Of a DNA stretch of 64,000 nucleotides, positions 45,500-54,487 are shown piece after piece. Numbering within the stretch: position 1 is the stretch's first letter; each line of letters starts with the position of its first letter. The position numbers and the translations under genes were made by a program. The notes beneath the pieces are model-generated. The model was not told the origin of the DNA. It searched no databases and was given only the letters and a program-made list of their open reading frames with translations. Origin of the DNA: an uncultured Rickettsiales bacterium (GTDB lineage Bacteria; Myxococcota_A; UBA796; UBA9615); assembly GCA_964490445.1 (NCBI GenBank), contig CAZBDA010000010.1, forward strand, positions 7,830 through 71,829. The letters are read 5' to 3'.

Positions 45500-47395
45500 A
45501 TGCGCTGCATGTGGATTGTTCGTTGCATCGTGCCCGCTCTGCTGGCGGTCCTACTGGTGGCAGGCTGTCGCGATGACCGAGGGCCGGGAGACGGGTCTCT
45601 GCTGGACGCTGTGCTGGTCGCCGAGCCCGGGGAAGCGATTCTGGGCGAGATCGTGCGGTTCGACGCCGGAGGTTCGCAGGACCTCTCGGGGATCGAAGGG
45701 CGTTTCTCGGACAGCTCGTTCACCGAGTACCGATTCGACTTTGGCGATGGAGTCGCCAGCACCGTCGAGCTGTACTACGTGGACCATGTGTATGCCGCCA
45801 TCGGCGAGTACACGGCAACGCTGACGGTGGTCGCGGGCGAGTCCGAGGCGAGTGCGACGGTCCAGGTTGTGGTCAGCGCGCCGCCGCCGGTGATCGTGGC
45901 GGTTGATGTCTCGGGCGATGAGGTGGCCGTCATTGGCGAGTGGATTGCTCTGCACGGGCGTGGCTTCCGCGAGGACAACCTGCCCGAGGTCAGCTTCTCT
46001 GGTGTTCTTGCCACCAATCTCTCCTACGCCAGCGAGTACGAGATCCTGGTGCAGGTGCCTCCGACCACCGCTTCGGGATGGAACGACCTGCAGGTCGATT
46101 TCCCCCAGGATGACGAGGGGGACGCCGATTTCGAGATCTGGGTAGCTCGCTACGCCCTGGCGACGGATGCCTGGCGTGGTGCTGTCTACGTGGTGGAGTT
46201 CGGACAGGCCGACCAGTATTGGCCACGCAGCCAGAGCCTCGAGGTGGACAATGCGGCAGTGGTACGAATGTCGTCCGATGGGGCCTTTGCGATGGTTGGC
46301 GACGCTCGCTACCAGGCGACGCTCAGCCCGTCGGTGACTGTCGTTGACCTGACCGCGGACTGGCAGCCGGTAGTGGTCGCCGAGCTAAGCGACCTGGGGG
46401 TTGGTCCCTTGTTCGACATCTCGATTGCTCGCGACCGAAATCGTGCCGTTGTCAGTGACGCTGCCGGTTTTGTCGTCCTTGACTTGAGTGATCCCACCAA
46501 CCCCACGCAACTCGGCGACCGCGAGGTCTACGCCTTTGCCAACATGGCGCCGACCGCACTGGCGCTCAGTGCCGATGGCTCGCGGTTGGCTGTACTCTCG
46601 ACTTTCGCGCAGCGGCTGAGGTTCTACTCGATCACGCCGACCGGGCCCATCTACGAGACCTGGTCGGTGGATGTGGGCCCAGGCACGCAGGACCTGTCTC
46701 TGGCCAGTGACGGTTCGTTGGTGGTGCTGGGCGGTGGCGGTGAGGGGGCCATACCGCCGGACTTCTCGCTCGACAATACGACCCTGACCCTGGTCGACAT
46801 CGACGCGACGCCGCCGACGAACGTGCACGGCGACGGTATCTTCCTGGGACTCGATGGCAGCGCGCCGATCCCCATCGACCTGGCGATGGGGAAATCGGGG
46901 CGGGCCTATGTCTCGACGCTCGACTCCAACTTCTCGGACATTCTCGATGCTTTCGGCAGCATCGCCGCCAACCCGGTGGATGTGAGTTCCTGGTGGAGCC
47001 TCGTGGAGTCGTTGTCAGGCCAGGGCTTCGGCTCGGTGCTGCCGGTGGATGGCGTCTACGAGGGCCAGTTGTTGGTAGGCGATGGACTGTTCAGTGCCTT
47101 TGGCTTCCAGGCGGGGGTCGACGTTCGTCCCGATGAGCACCTGTACGTGTCGACAGTCATTGGCCTGGGATGGACCCTCGAGGTGCTCACTGGCGACAAC
47201 CTCGCCTACTTGAGCCTGGACCTCGACTACGGTGTCGGTGTGGGCAACCTGGTCACTGGCGAGGTCGAGGTGTTTCCCATGTACTCGGAGCCCATCGTCT
47301 CGTACATCGACTTCCAGTTGAACTATGACCTGGGCCCGTTGACAGCGCTGCTGCTACCGCCGTACGCCTTTGGTGAGGTGGCCGTTCAGCCGTAA
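45500..47395 (+). CDS. Lipoprotein with PKD/IPT-like beta-sandwich domains and beta-propeller-like repeats; function unknown
   Basis: Signal/lipobox MRCMWIVRCIVPALLAVLLVAGC. PKD-like FDAGGSQD...YRFDFGDG. Repeated LAVLS/VVLGGGG-type blades. Only the last third of the 1283-aa table ORF is coding; upstream is antisense to deoC/GT2. Confidence 0.55.
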   Translation: MRCMWIVRCIVPALLAVLLVAGCRDDRGPGDGSLLDAVLVAEPGEAILGEIVRFDAGGSQDLSGIEGRFSDSSFTEYRFDFGDGVASTVELYYVDHVYAAIGEYTATLTVVAGESEASATVQVVVSAPPPVIVAVDVSGDEVAVIGEWIALHGRGFREDNLPEVSFSGVLATNLSYASEYEILVQVPPTTASGWNDLQVDFPQDDEGDADFEIWVARYALATDAWRGAVYVVEFGQADQYWPRSQSLEVDNAAVVRMSSDGAFAMVGDARYQATLSPSVTVVDLTADWQPVVVAELSDLGVGPLFDISIARDRNRAVVSDAAGFVVLDLSDPTNPTQLGDREVYAFANMAPTALALSADGSRLAVLSTFAQRLRFYSITPTGPIYETWSVDVGPGTQDLSLASDGSLVVLGGGGEGAIPPDFSLDNTTLTLVDIDATPPTNVHGDGIFLGLDGSAPIPIDLAMGKSGRAYVSTLDSNFSDILDAFGSIAANPVDVSSWWSLVESLSGQGFGSVLPVDGVYEGQLLVGDGLFSAFGFQAGVDVRPDEHLYVSTVIGLGWTLEVLTGDNLAYLSLDLDYGVGVGNLVTGEVEVFPMYSEPIVSYIDFQLNYDLGPLTALLLPPYAFGEVAVQP

Positions 47396-47424
47396 GTGCT
47401 CGTCGGCTCGCTCCTGCAGTCGCT

Positions 47425-47859
47425 CTAGTCCCCATCGGCGCTTGCGACATAGGGTGCCAGGAACTCGCGGAAGTTCTGTGGCAAATCGCACGGCGCGAAC
47501 TGCTGGAGATCAATGACACCGAGGACCATCTTCGCTTCGGCGCGAACCTCTGGGTCGTCGCCCTGCCCGAGTCGGAAGCGGAAGGTCACAGAGCGGTGTC
47601 CTATCCGAATGACGTCGATGGACATGCGAACCTGTTCGCCGAAGCGGAAGGGCTTGCGAAAGGAGCTCTCGATGTTCACGAGCGGGAATCCCAGGTTGTC
47701 GCGGTCGAGGATGTCGGCGTAGCTGCAGTCGGCTGCCTCGGTCCAGAAGTCCTCGAAGGCCCGGTGCATGCGGTCAAAGAGGGCGGGGTAGTACATCACG
47801 CCGGCATGATCGATCTCGCCGAAGCGGACCTCGTAGTGTTTGACGAAGCTGCGGCTCAT
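47425..47859 (-). CDS. Hotdog-fold acyl-CoA thioesterase (4HBT/YbgC-like)
   Basis: 144 aa. EIDHAGVMYYPALFDRMHRAFEDF resembles 4HBT-family active-site helix. ATGA overlap with the upstream dehydrogenase. Confidence 0.7.
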   Translation of the reverse strand: MSRSFVKHYEVRFGEIDHAGVMYYPALFDRMHRAFEDFWTEAADCSYADILDRDNLGFPLVNIESSFRKPFRFGEQVRMSIDVIRIGHRSVTFRFRLGQGDDPEVRAEAKMVLGVIDLQQFAPCDLPQNFREFLAPYVASADGD

Positions 47860-48896
47860 GTCTCCTCCAGTTGATCCGGGATGAGCACCACTTTGCCCAG
47901 GACGCCACGGTCTTCGATGAGCTGGTGCGCCTCAGCGGCTCGGCTAAGTGGCAGGATCCGGTCGACCACCGGCCGAATCGCCCCCGTGCGAGCGGCTTCG
48001 AGTGCAGCGTCCAGATCGCTGTGGTTGCCCATGGTCGAGCCAATGATGGACAGCTGTCGGAAGAAGATGTGCCGCAGGTCCTCAATGGGATCATGGCCCG
48101 TGGTGGCGCCACAGGTGAGGATCCGACCGCCAGCGCGGGTCAGGCGCAGGCTTTGGTTCCAGGTGGCTTTGCCGACGCAGTCGATGGTGACATCGACGCC
48201 CTTCTTGTCGGTGGCGGCGCGTACCTGTCTGGGCCAGTCCTCAGCACGGGAATTGATCAGCACATCTGCTCCCAGTTCCCTGCACAGGGCCAGCTTCTCG
48301 TCGCTGGACGCGGTGGCGATCACCCGGCAGCCGCGGTACTTGGCTACCTGCACGCACATGGAACCGACGCCCCCCGAGGCGCCGAGGACAAGCACGCTCT
48401 CGCCGGCCTGGAGATTGCCGCGCGAAACACACATCCGCCACGAGGTAAGCGCAACCAGTGGGAAGGCTGCGGCCTGCGCGAAGCTCCAGTCACTCGGCAT
48501 CGCTGCGCACTGTTCCGTAGCGACGACGAGCCTCGTGCAATAGGTGCCGTCGCCACTCTCACCGAGCAGTTGGTAGCCCCGGCACAGCGTGCTCTCCCCC
48601 TGTGCGCAGCGCTCGCAGGAACCGCAGGCACGTCCGGGGTTCAGCAGGACTCGGGCGCCAAGGGCCGGCTCGCTGACTCCCGGTCCGTGGCCGATGACCA
48701 CGCCAGCTGCGTCGGCACCGGGGATGCGCGGTGGGGTCACGCCGGGGAGTTCGCGTCTCACCCATATGTCGAGGTGGTTGACCGCCGCGGCGCGCACATC
48801 CAGCAGGACCTGGCCCGGTCCCGGCTGTGGATCCGGCAACTCGTCGAGTTGCAGTACGCCGGGAGGGCCCTGCTCGTGGAACCTGATGGCTTGCAC
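47856..48896 (-). CDS. Zinc-type medium-chain dehydrogenase/reductase (quinone oxidoreductase-like)
   Basis: GVVIGHGPGVS, CGSCERCAQGESTLC (structural-zinc Cys cluster), VLVLGASGGVGSMCVQ NAD(P) Rossmann. Confidence 0.8.
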   Translation of the reverse strand: MQAIRFHEQGPPGVLQLDELPDPQPGPGQVLLDVRAAAVNHLDIWVRRELPGVTPPRIPGADAAGVVIGHGPGVSEPALGARVLLNPGRACGSCERCAQGESTLCRGYQLLGESGDGTYCTRLVVATEQCAAMPSDWSFAQAAAFPLVALTSWRMCVSRGNLQAGESVLVLGASGGVGSMCVQVAKYRGCRVIATASSDEKLALCRELGADVLINSRAEDWPRQVRAATDKKGVDVTIDCVGKATWNQSLRLTRAGGRILTCGATTGHDPIEDLRHIFFRQLSIIGSTMGNHSDLDAALEAARTGAIRPVVDRILPLSRAAEAHQLIEDRGVLGKVVLIPDQLEET

Positions 48897-48984
48897 GGCG
48901 CGGATCCTACCAGTTGATGCAGGAAGGGGCAGGCGCTAGCCCTGTGGCTGGTGCTGCCGCGGAAGCTCCGCTAGCTTGCCGGTG

Positions 48985-50031
48985 ATGTTTCCCGCCACCC
49001 GTTACCAGGGCAGCAAGCGCAAGCTGGTGCCCTGGATCTTGAGTTGCCTTGCTGGCCTGGAGTTCGACTCGGCGGTCGACCTGTTTGGCGGCACCGCTGC
49101 GGTCTCTTACGCACTCAAAGAGCAGGGCAAGCGCGTCCTGTACAACGACTACCTGCGCTTCAACCACCAGCTGGGGCTGGCACTCATCGAGAACCAGGAG
49201 ACGCGGGTAGACGACGAACTTCTCGAGCGGATTCTGGCAGCCGGTGAGCTGGAAGCAGAAGGTGCGGTTGCGACGGATTTCGTTGCGCGGACCTTCCAGG
49301 GTGTCTACTTCACCGACGAGGAAAACCGTTGGCTTGACCGGGTCGTGCCGGCGATTGCCGCAGTACATGATCGCTTTCAGCGAGCCATCTTGTGGAGTGC
49401 GCTCAGCCAGGCTGCGCTTATCAAGCGGCCCTACAACCTGTTCCATCGCGCCAACCTGGACATGCGCCAACGCAAGGTGCAGCGAAGCTTCGGCAACAAG
49501 GTCACCTGGGATCGGCCCTTCCCCGTCTACCTGCGGCGTTTCGTGGCTGAGTTCAACGCGGCAGTGTTCGACTCGGGTAGGCCGTGTACGAGTTCCTGTG
49601 CCGACGCGGGTGAAGTGGCGTGTGAGGCCGACCTCGTGTACCTGGATCCGCCTTACACCAACGGTCGCGGAGGCAGTGTCGACTACCACGGCTTCTACCA
49701 TTTCCTCGAAGGTCTTCTGGACTACGATAATTGGTCCGACCAATTAGACAGAAGCCGACGGCACAAGCCTTTGCGGCGACGCCGCAACCCGTGGAACCGC
49801 CGCGGCGGGATCGCAGCTGCATTCGAGTCTGTGTTCGCCCGCTTCGAGTCTGTGCCCCTGCTGGTCGTTTCGTACCGGGCCGATGGGCTGCCCGGAGTCG
49901 CTGAGATCGAGTCGATGCTGCAGCGAACTGGCAGGCAGGTTCGTATCGAGACAGCCGCTGACTACAAGTACGCGCTGAGTGGCAAGGTTGCAGGAGAAGT
50001 CCTGCTCATCGCTACTCTTGCCGCCAGTTGA
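48985..50031 (+). CDS. Dam-like (D12-class, alpha-type) N6-adenine DNA methyltransferase, no adjacent restriction enzyme
   Basis: YQGSKRKLVPWI (compare Dam WAGGKYPLL), DLFGGTAAV (motif I FxGxG), VYLDPPY (motif IV). Possible starts: TTG 48976, GTG 48982, ATG 48985. Confidence 0.7.
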   Translation: MFPATRYQGSKRKLVPWILSCLAGLEFDSAVDLFGGTAAVSYALKEQGKRVLYNDYLRFNHQLGLALIENQETRVDDELLERILAAGELEAEGAVATDFVARTFQGVYFTDEENRWLDRVVPAIAAVHDRFQRAILWSALSQAALIKRPYNLFHRANLDMRQRKVQRSFGNKVTWDRPFPVYLRRFVAEFNAAVFDSGRPCTSSCADAGEVACEADLVYLDPPYTNGRGGSVDYHGFYHFLEGLLDYDNWSDQLDRSRRHKPLRRRRNPWNRRGGIAAAFESVFARFESVPLLVVSYRADGLPGVAEIESMLQRTGRQVRIETAADYKYALSGKVAGEVLLIATLAAS

Positions 50032-50098
50032 CGAGCGCGGGGCGACTGTTCAGAGCCGGGTTCCGAAGCACTCGAGCTGTAATTCCGGCTAAGATGAG

Positions 50099-50587
50099 TT
50101 GGTGTTTCAGATCTGCCGTGCGACCTCCATCAAGAATCCCGGCTTCCTCCCCCTGTTGAGCCAGTTCTTGATCGAATCGTCTCGTCCCCTGCCGACGGCT
50201 GCGGATCTCGAGCGCCTGGACGACGCCATACGCCAGGGTCAGGTGCGCTTCTACATGGCATTGGAAGCCGACGAGCGGGTCATGGGGGTCGTGTCCCTGA
50301 CGCTGGGATTCTCGACCATGCGCATGCAGCCCTTTGCGCTGCTCGCCGACCTGTACGTGCATCCCGGTCATCGTGGTCGTGGTGCCGCCTCTGCCCTGCT
50401 GCTCGCCGCCATGGATGCGGCTCACGAACTGCGTTGCGGCTTTCTTACCACCGAGACGGCCGGTGGCATGGAGGGCATTTTTCAGCGCTATGGCTGGCAG
50501 CAGACCACTGACGTCCTGGCCGTTGAGATCGACCCGGATGCGGCTCCGCCGAGCCTGACGATTACCGGAGATCTGGTCTTCGACTGA
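50099..50587 (+). CDS. GNAT-family N-acetyltransferase
   Basis: HPGHRGRGAASALLLAAMDAAHELRCGF is an acetyl-CoA-binding motif-A-like R/Q-x-x-G-x-G/A. 162 aa. TTG/GTG start. Confidence 0.7.
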   Translation: MVFQICRATSIKNPGFLPLLSQFLIESSRPLPTAADLERLDDAIRQGQVRFYMALEADERVMGVVSLTLGFSTMRMQPFALLADLYVHPGHRGRGAASALLLAAMDAAHELRCGFLTTETAGGMEGIFQRYGWQQTTDVLAVEIDPDAAPPSLTITGDLVFD

Positions 50588-50591
50588 GGCG

Positions 50592-51848
50592 CTACTTCTT
50601 CGCCTGTACCTGTGGCCGGCGATAGTTGTCGGCGACGTTCGGGCCTGCCATGCAGCCGTCGGGTGTTGCCTCGCGGCCCTCGTAGCCAGACTCCCAGTCC
50701 CACGAGAAGTGCATGTGGTGCTGGTGGAAGGGCCAGCCGTCGCCGTAGGCCATCGCGCCGGTGAAGAAGTACGACCGTGCGGCGTCGTCGATCTTGCCGT
50801 CGTCGCGCATCTCGTTGGCGGCCTCTTGCAGGGCATCGGCGATTCGGGGGTCGACGCCAATGACCCGCAGGTGCTGGCTTTCGGCGAGCTTGCTCATGAA
50901 GAACACGGTGCGCTCGGCATCGAGGATGTCCGGGTCGTCAGTGCAGAAGTAGCCGTCTTCGGGGCAGACGGAACGACCGAGATTGTCTTCGCCAGTCTGA
51001 AAGTAGGCGATGTCGATGTCGTTGCCCTGGACGTGCGTGCCCTCGGGGTGGCGGAGCTGGTTCTCCATGCGGCCTGGAGTGTCGCCGTCGTCCTCGCTCA
51101 TATCGAGCAGGCCGAGGGGCTTCGTATCGGGGTAGGCGGCGCGGGTAGCGGCGGCGGCATAACGCACCAGGTACATCACCTCGCGGCGAAGGTTGCTGTA
51201 GGCAGCCCAGTGAGACACGAGGTAGCCGTCGTCCTCGTTGTTCGCCTGCGGGAACTGCATGATGCGATTGCAGGGGCCGCTCTCGTCGTCGGGGTCCTCG
51301 TCCTCGTAGGCATCGTCACAGTCACGTGTCTCGTGGAACTTGGAGCGACGGATTTCGATGTCATAGTCGGCAGCGGCGCTGCTGTAGCCCTTGACCAGGA
51401 GGAAATGCGACTCTGGCTGGTCGGTGGGGTTGAACCAGGCGAGCCGCTCCCGCGCCTGCTCAGTGGCCGCCCACCAGATCTCTTCGCCGTTCTCGTCGAC
51501 TTCCCACAGGTCGAGGTCGCTGGAGTCGTTGAAATTGTTGCCTGAGCCGTCGATGAAGATCTCGACGCTCAGCCACTTCCCGGGGTCGACGTCGACTCGG
51601 TAGTAGTCGCGGTCACCGGCGCAGAGTTGTACGTTCGCGTAAAACTGGCGATTCTGGCCGATCAGTCCCGCAGCATCTTCGAGTTCATCGTTGAGTTCAT
51701 CGTCGCAGTCGTTGATGAAGTCAGGCAGGGCCGGCAGCGTGCTGGTTTCGTCGCTGTCGGTCTGGTCGTCGTCCGCGCTGCGGTCGGTGCAAGCAGCAAG
51801 GCTCAAGAGCAGGCTCAGCCAGAGGACGCGAAAGGCAATGGTATCCAT
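50592..51848 (-). CDS. Lipoprotein with N-terminal PPC (pre-peptidase C-terminal)-like domain; function unknown
   Basis: ATG 51848 (GGAGA upstream) gives MDTIAFRVLWLSLLLSLAAC. YYRVDVDPGKWLSVEIFIDGSG...DLDLWEVDENGEEIWWA resembles a PPC beta-sandwich. Acidic, His-rich C-terminus (HQHHMHFSWDWE). Confidence 0.5.
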   Translation of the reverse strand: MDTIAFRVLWLSLLLSLAACTDRSADDDQTDSDETSTLPALPDFINDCDDELNDELEDAAGLIGQNRQFYANVQLCAGDRDYYRVDVDPGKWLSVEIFIDGSGNNFNDSSDLDLWEVDENGEEIWWAATEQARERLAWFNPTDQPESHFLLVKGYSSAAADYDIEIRRSKFHETRDCDDAYEDEDPDDESGPCNRIMQFPQANNEDDGYLVSHWAAYSNLRREVMYLVRYAAAATRAAYPDTKPLGLLDMSEDDGDTPGRMENQLRHPEGTHVQGNDIDIAYFQTGEDNLGRSVCPEDGYFCTDDPDILDAERTVFFMSKLAESQHLRVIGVDPRIADALQEAANEMRDDGKIDDAARSYFFTGAMAYGDGWPFHQHHMHFSWDWESGYEGREATPDGCMAGPNVADNYRRPQVQAKK

Positions 51849-51940
51849 GTTCCAGTCTCCGAAGGCGCAGTCCACTCGCGCCGGGCGACCGGCTTCTAGC
51901 AGTTGCGGGAGGGGTGAACAAGGATGTTCTGGGAGGGGCG

Positions 51941-52411
51941 CTACAGTCGCTCGACCAGGGCTCCGGAGGTCTGCCGGAGCCTCCCGCTCAGCACTCGTGC
52001 CAGCTTCCAGAGGAGCACGTTGGCAAGATCGGGCTGCTCCCGACACAATTGTTTGAGGGAGTCCTGGGTGAGGACCATCAGCTTGGAGTCTTGCGCCGCG
52101 ACGATGGTCGCCGAACGGGGCTGGCTGTCAATGACCGCAATTTCTCCAAAGGCCTTGCCTGGTCCGATGTGAACCAACTCTTTGAGGCTCTTGTCAGCGT
52201 CCTCTTTGAGGACCGTGACCTGCCCCGTGACCACCACGCACATGTACGGCGGCCGGTCGTGCTCGCGAAACACGGTGCCTTTAGCGCGGAGCTGCAGCGC
52301 CTGCATGTAGGACGCCAGTGACAGCAATTGCTGCCAACTGAAATCGTGGGACCACGGAGTCCCGTCGAGCATTTCCGCCTTGTCCTGGCTGGACGCGGCG
52401 ATAGGGGTCAT
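51941..52411 (-). CDS. Standalone cyclic-nucleotide-binding (CAP-effector) domain protein
   Basis: GPGKAFGEIAVIDSQPRSATIVA phosphate-binding cassette. No HTH. ATG 52411 chosen; upstream table residues are Arg-rich junk. Confidence 0.65.
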   Translation of the reverse strand: MTPIAASSQDKAEMLDGTPWSHDFSWQQLLSLASYMQALQLRAKGTVFREHDRPPYMCVVVTGQVTVLKEDADKSLKELVHIGPGKAFGEIAVIDSQPRSATIVAAQDSKLMVLTQDSLKQLCREQPDLANVLLWKLARVLSGRLRQTSGALVERL

Positions 52412-52464
52412 GTCGGTAGCGCCGAGTCCGCTACTCCCCGAAATGTGCAATGGAACGGCCTTTG

Positions 52465-52662
52465 TCAGCCAACCGCGCAGGCCATGTCGCTGCCGCAGCA
52501 CATTGGCGACTTGATCTTTCCGCAGCCGTCCGGGCACCGGGCTACGTGCACTTCCGCGCCGTCCGGCTTGGTCAGGACGCCATGCTCGAGGGCTTTGCCG
52601 CATTTGCCGCAAGTCATCCCCTTCACGCTCATGCCGCACTTGTCACAACTGTAGTCGCTCAT
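52465..52662 (-). CDS. Cys-rich small protein (65 aa, 11 Cys), probable metal-binding
   Basis: AAGGAATAG RBS 3 nt upstream. CDKC...CGKC...CPDGC...CC...C arrangement. 53 nt upstream of, and co-directional with, the cNMP-binding protein gene. Confidence 0.5.
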   Translation of the reverse strand: MSDYSCDKCGMSVKGMTCGKCGKALEHGVLTKPDGAEVHVARCPDGCGKIKSPMCCGSDMACAVG

Positions 52663-52837
52663 CGTCTATTCCTTTCGGGAAGCTGTTGGAGAGAGGCTGG
52701 CATCGTGTTCACTTCTCGACGCAATGATATTCAGGAGCCAGCAAGGCTAACACGGGAAGTCTCTCCGATGTCACCACAAGCCCGCGCGGGGCTGCTCCGC
52801 TATGCTTCGTTCACACGGGCATAAAAGGAGGTGCGTC

Positions 52838-54487
52838 TTGGAGGTCGCCGGGTCCTCGCAGCAGCTCGGGTTCGAGAGTACGGACCGCCTGCTCGAGCGC
52901 ATTCTGTTGGAGGCGAAGGAGTTGTGCCGTGCGGACGGTGGCACCGTCTACGTGCGCACTCGGGACAACAGCCTGCGCTACTCGATTCTTCGCAACGACA
53001 CCATGGATCTGGCCCAGGGCGGCACCACCGGGGTCGAGGTCACGATTCCGCCGATCCCCCTGCTTGACGAGGAGGGGGTCGCCAACCTCAGCAACGTCGC
53101 GACTGTCGCTGCCAACCTGCTCATCTCGGTGAATGTGCGCGATGCCTACACTGCTCGGGGGTACGACTTCAGCGGTGCGCGCGCTTTTGACGAGGCCAAC
53201 GACTACCGCACCATGTCGGTTCTGACCATCCCGCTGGTCAACGACCACGCCGCGCTCATCGGCGTGCTTCAGCTCATCAATGCGCGCAGCGAAGAGGGCG
53301 AGGTGACCCTGTTCAGCATCGAGCAGCAGCGGGCCGTCGAAGCGATGTCGCGGCAGGCCTCTGTTGCGCTGGACAACCAGTTGCTCCATGAACAGCAAAA
53401 GGCCCTGCTCGAGTCATTCATCAGGATGATCGCCTCGGCCATCGACGCCAAGTCCCCCTACACCGGCGGGCACTGCGAGCGTGTGCCAATTCTCCTGGAG
53501 ATGCTCGCGAAGGCAGCGGTCGCTAGCAGCGAGGGCCCGCTGGCAGACTTCGACCTTGACGAAGACGAGTGGTACGAGCTTCGGATTGCAGCCTGGTTGC
53601 ATGACTGCGGCAAGGTCATCACGCCAGTCCACGTAATGGACAAGGCGACCAAGCTCGAGACCATCTGGGATCGCCTGGCCATGGTCCGAACCCGCATCGA
53701 GCTTCTGAAGCGCGACCAGTTACTGGCTGCGGTGGGCGAGGGCGCAAGCCTCGCCGAAGCCGAACAGCAGGTGCGCCCGCAACACGAGGAACTCGATGAA
53801 GTCCTGGCTTTCATCACCGGGGTCAACGAAGGCGCCGAGTTCCTGTCCGATGAGAACAAGGCGCGCCTGGTCGAGTGCAGCCGTTTCACTTTCATGGAGG
53901 GGGGCGAGCGTCGCCCACTGCTCGATGCCGAAGAGCTGGCCAACCTGTGCATCTCGCGGGGCACTCTGACCCAGGACGAGCGGGTCATCATCAATGGCCA
54001 CATGGTGCACACCATCCAGATGCTCGAGTCGTTGCCCTTTCCCAATCACATGGCCCGAGTCCCTGAGTATGCGGGGGGCCACCACGAGAAGATGGATGGC
54101 AGTGGCTATCCGAAGGGCCTGTATGCCGGCGACATGTCGCTACCGGCACGGATGCTTGCCATCGCCGACGTGTTCGAGGCGCTGACCGCTATGGATCGGC
54201 CCTACAAGAAGCCGAAGACACTCAGCGAGGCGATGCGCATCATGGGCTTCATGAAGAAGGACAGTCACCTGGATCCCATGTTGATGGACCTGTTCGTGAC
54301 CTCGGGTGTGTACCGGGAATACGCGCGGCGCTACCTGCCAGAAGAACTGATCGACGAGGTCGACGAGCAAGCACTGCTGTCGATTCAGCCGGGTGACCTC
54401 GAACTACCTCCCGAGGATGAGCGAGCGGCCGGTCGCGAGGGCTTTCTTCCCGAGTACCACGACCTGCTTCGGTCCTCTTCCGACTAG
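52838..54487 (+). CDS. GAF-domain HD-GYP phosphodiesterase (c-di-GMP signalling)
   Basis: Perfect AAGGAGG SD 6 nt before TTG 52838. HD motif IAAWLHDCGK. HHEKMDGSGYP (HD-GYP signature). N-terminal GAF fold. Confidence 0.8.
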   Translation: MEVAGSSQQLGFESTDRLLERILLEAKELCRADGGTVYVRTRDNSLRYSILRNDTMDLAQGGTTGVEVTIPPIPLLDEEGVANLSNVATVAANLLISVNVRDAYTARGYDFSGARAFDEANDYRTMSVLTIPLVNDHAALIGVLQLINARSEEGEVTLFSIEQQRAVEAMSRQASVALDNQLLHEQQKALLESFIRMIASAIDAKSPYTGGHCERVPILLEMLAKAAVASSEGPLADFDLDEDEWYELRIAAWLHDCGKVITPVHVMDKATKLETIWDRLAMVRTRIELLKRDQLLAAVGEGASLAEAEQQVRPQHEELDEVLAFITGVNEGAEFLSDENKARLVECSRFTFMEGGERRPLLDAEELANLCISRGTLTQDERVIINGHMVHTIQMLESLPFPNHMARVPEYAGGHHEKMDGSGYPKGLYAGDMSLPARMLAIADVFEALTAMDRPYKKPKTLSEAMRIMGFMKKDSHLDPMLMDLFVTSGVYREYARRYLPEELIDEVDEQALLSIQPGDLELPPEDERAAGREGFLPEYHDLLRSSSD

